Source: Squalus acanthias (Eukaryota). Taken from it: a stretch of 64,000 bases of DNA. The stretch lies in contig CM059430.1 of NCBI GenBank assembly GCA_030390025.1, forward strand, positions 67,704,001 through 67,768,000, read 5' to 3'. The notes under the pieces are model-generated. The model had not been told where the DNA came from. It did no database searches and worked only from the letters and a program-made list of their open reading frames with translations. The first letter of the stretch is position 1, and each line of letters starts with the position of its first letter. Below are positions 61,437 through 64,000 of this stretch, in pieces. The translations under genes were made by a program, and so were the position numbers.

Positions 61437-61532
61437 GGAGCCAATGACGAGATCGTGGCTTATGCTGCAGTCGACTTGAGCAAAGCCAGGAAAACTCCAA
61501 GATTTAAACGTGAAGAGGAGAGCTCAGCGTAA
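61437..61532 (+). CDS. Copy B exon 6, ITIM (VAYAAV), ending in premature TAA; exon donor at 61538
   Basis: atgcAG acceptor; GANDEIVAYAAVDLSKARKTPRFKREEESSA*TQ|gt. Confidence 0.75.
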   Translation, partial: GANDEIVAYAAVDLSKARKTPRFKREEESSA

Positions 61533-61745
61533 ACTCAGGTGGGGCTGAAAAGCAGATAAGAGAAACACAGATCACCCGTGGAGCACCAAAATTATTGTAA
61601 TAGCGGAGTATTTGGGGCTGTTCTGACTTTCACCGTGTGTTGTATCTAAAGCGTTTTGTGTGTTATTCTGCCGGCTGCCTTGAGCAGCAAACCACAAACT
61701 GGTAAAACGATCAATCAACAATATTTCCAAACATTGGCTTTTCAG

Positions 61746-61919
61746 ATAAAACAAGGGACAGCCCGGGACAAGGGGACGTACGCGACTCTAGAATTGTCTG
61801 GACCCGAGAAAGCGGGAAAATCTAAAAATAATAAAATAAGCGCAGAATATGCCGAGATACAGACGAAAACTCCAAGAAGAGTAACAAAGGCCGTCTACAC
61901 AGATGCAAGAACGAAATAG
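61746..61919 (+). CDS. Copy B exon 7, tyrosine motifs GTYATL / AEYAEI / AVYTDA (coding only if the upstream TAA is absent)
   Basis: ttttcAG acceptor, phase 0; open to TAG at 61917-61919; AATAAA at 62005 and 62216. Confidence 0.72.
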   Translation: MKQGTARDKGTYATLELSGPEKAGKSKNNKISAEYAEIQTKTPRRVTKAVYTDARTK

Positions 61920-63039
61920 AGATGCAATCTTGGACACATTAATCAGTTTATTGTTGTATATTGATTCATCCCGCAGCCATATGAACTCACTGATTTCAAT
62001 GGAAAATAAAACCTGGCACTTTCTATAATGGGGCCGAAGATCTGATGGGGTAGTTTACCGCCCAAGCAGTGAAAGTGTTAATTATCTCCATCTGCAGGTA
62101 TATCCGTGTTCTCCAATCCCCAAGATGTAATACATTCTAGTATCATAGTATATAATGCAGCTATGCTAATTGTTTCATTATTTGGAGATTATTCGTCAGA
62201 AATATAAATGCTTGTAATAAAAATAATTTTCAAGTTAAATCGGTATTATTTAATATATGACGATCCTATACTATTTCAATTAGAATGATAGGCTAACTGA
62301 CATGCTGTAAATATTTATCACCATGTATACAAATGGATGTCTTACATCTCCCGTTTAAAATTCAACGATAACACATATGATAATTTCTTCTGGGAACAAA
62401 ACGGAAAAAATGGGTGCTGACTTCAGGGTTTGTGTCACTGTAGTCAACTCCTATTCCAGGTCATGCTCTTGGAGTGGAGGACAGGAAGTTTCAATCCCTG
62501 GCCTCATCCATAAACTCTCTGAACTCAACTTACGATTGACGGTACAAGGGACACTCTTGCCTGAACTTTGTGATGGCTACCAATTTCTTTCGTGTTAGAA
62601 AAGATTGAATGAACTACGATCTAGGTATTTAAAAGGTTGCGCGGCCTCGTCAAGGGAGATATAAGCAGGCTGTTTGATTTAGACCCTTAACATGAAATAG
62701 AGGTTCGACTTTAACAAGCCTAAATGAAGAAGGGAATTGAACTGCAAACACTCACTCCTTTTAGAGTGGTTCCCGCATCAGGAAAGGATAACTCGTGGTT
62801 TAAAATGTTAAATTGAGATGTATTTGGGAAGTAGATCAACTAAATTAAAGGATTAGAACATTGTGCAACTGATACTAGAAGAATGGTAGCCCAGCAGTTC
62901 CAGTGACTAAGTGTTTGACTCCGAATCTAAAGACCATATAAGAAGTGAATTAGTTGCCTCTTGCTTCGTGCAACTATCATGGTTGGTTGACTGTCTGCAT
63001 TATCAAGCAGGAGCATAGACACAGTACCAAGTATATTAG

Positions 63040-63950
63040 AATCCTAGAATGTTAGAGAATAGAAACCGGTTATACGGCTCATAGAGTCTGCAACATTGTT
63101 TTTCTCCACTTGAACCATATAGTTAATTCTATACTCCTCTTCGCTCTTCACAAACTTACATTTTACCCTTTTTCATGCTACTCCTTCCCAATGAAAAAGA
63201 TGATCTGCTTCAACAACGGAATGCGGCAGACAACTCCAAATCCGCAAACTACTATGGTCTATGTAAAGAGTATGTTGCATCTCCATTTTGCGATTATGTG
63301 AACTTGGCGCCCACTTGTTACCGTCCACCGGCCAGTAGTAATAATTCAACAATCCTTCACAAACTTGAAAACCATTACATGCGCACCCCTTAAGCTTCTC
63401 AGTTGCGTTGATGAACGCCCCAGCTTTTCAAGTCTCTCCATAACTTTAACCTCACATTCCTGGTAACATAGCAGTTAATCTATGCTGCACGCTTTCCATG
63501 CTTTATCTATCCTTCTTGTAATGGGATGATCATACCAAAACACATCAATTAGAGTCTAACTAATGTCAAGTGCAACATTACCTCTAGGTTTTTATATTTT
63601 ATACAGCTAGACAGAAACTCAAAGGACTCTGTTCGGCCATTTATTGTATCACCATTAACGACTTGTGCATCTGCACGCCAAGTTTACTGCTCCTCTGCAC
63701 CATTTCAAATCCAACTATTCAAGGAGTGTTTTGTTTCTCCGCTTTTTTCTCCAAAATGTATTACTATAACTTTCACTGCCTTCTACATCTGTTGTTTAAT
63801 TGCCCATCCACCGATAACTATCAGTGTTCCCCTGCAGGATTCCAGAAGCTCGATCCTAATTCTCCTACCCTCTTTTCCCATTAGGTGTCATCTACAACAT
63901 TAGAAATGAATCCCTCAATTCCCACGGACAGATAATTTATGTGTGTAGTA
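63040..63950 (-). mobile_element. Old CR1 fragment
   Basis: TAGAA..TAGAA tail; antisense CR1 RT similarity (GTGTCATCTACAA = VDDT). Confidence 0.55.
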
Positions 63951-64000
63951 AAGAAAAACAGCGCCATACTCAGGCACCTGTGAAAAAGCATTCGATAAGT

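Overview
Repeat-rich vertebrate DNA. The CR1/L2/SINE/Penelope-type repeats suggest a cartilaginous fish, which is an inference. The host content is a tandem pair of immunoglobulin-superfamily receptor genes on the + strand, about 30 kb apart, each with a germline-joined V(J)-type domain followed by one C1-set domain. Copy B (56077-61919) has 7 reconstructable exons: leader, VJ, C1, a TM segment containing Arg, and three cytoplasmic exons. Its SIRP-alpha-like tail of paired tyrosine motifs is cut by a TAA exactly where a motif Tyr is expected. Copy A (26009 to about 33316) has a frameshifted leader and no TM exon. Mobile DNA includes an apparently intact two-gene PIF/Harbinger transposon (1-4162) and a decayed relative (51268-55281). 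There is also a very young Gypsy LTR retrotransposon (10732-15172) with identical 194-bp LTRs, a single 1318-aa ORF, a YLDN RT motif, no tRNA PBS and a perfect 11-nt self-priming-type complement. The rest is a solo LTR, many CR1/L2 LINEs, a SINE, Penelope-like fragments (one with a hammerhead-like core) and a C2H2 zinc-finger relic. All exon models and alignments were made by eye.
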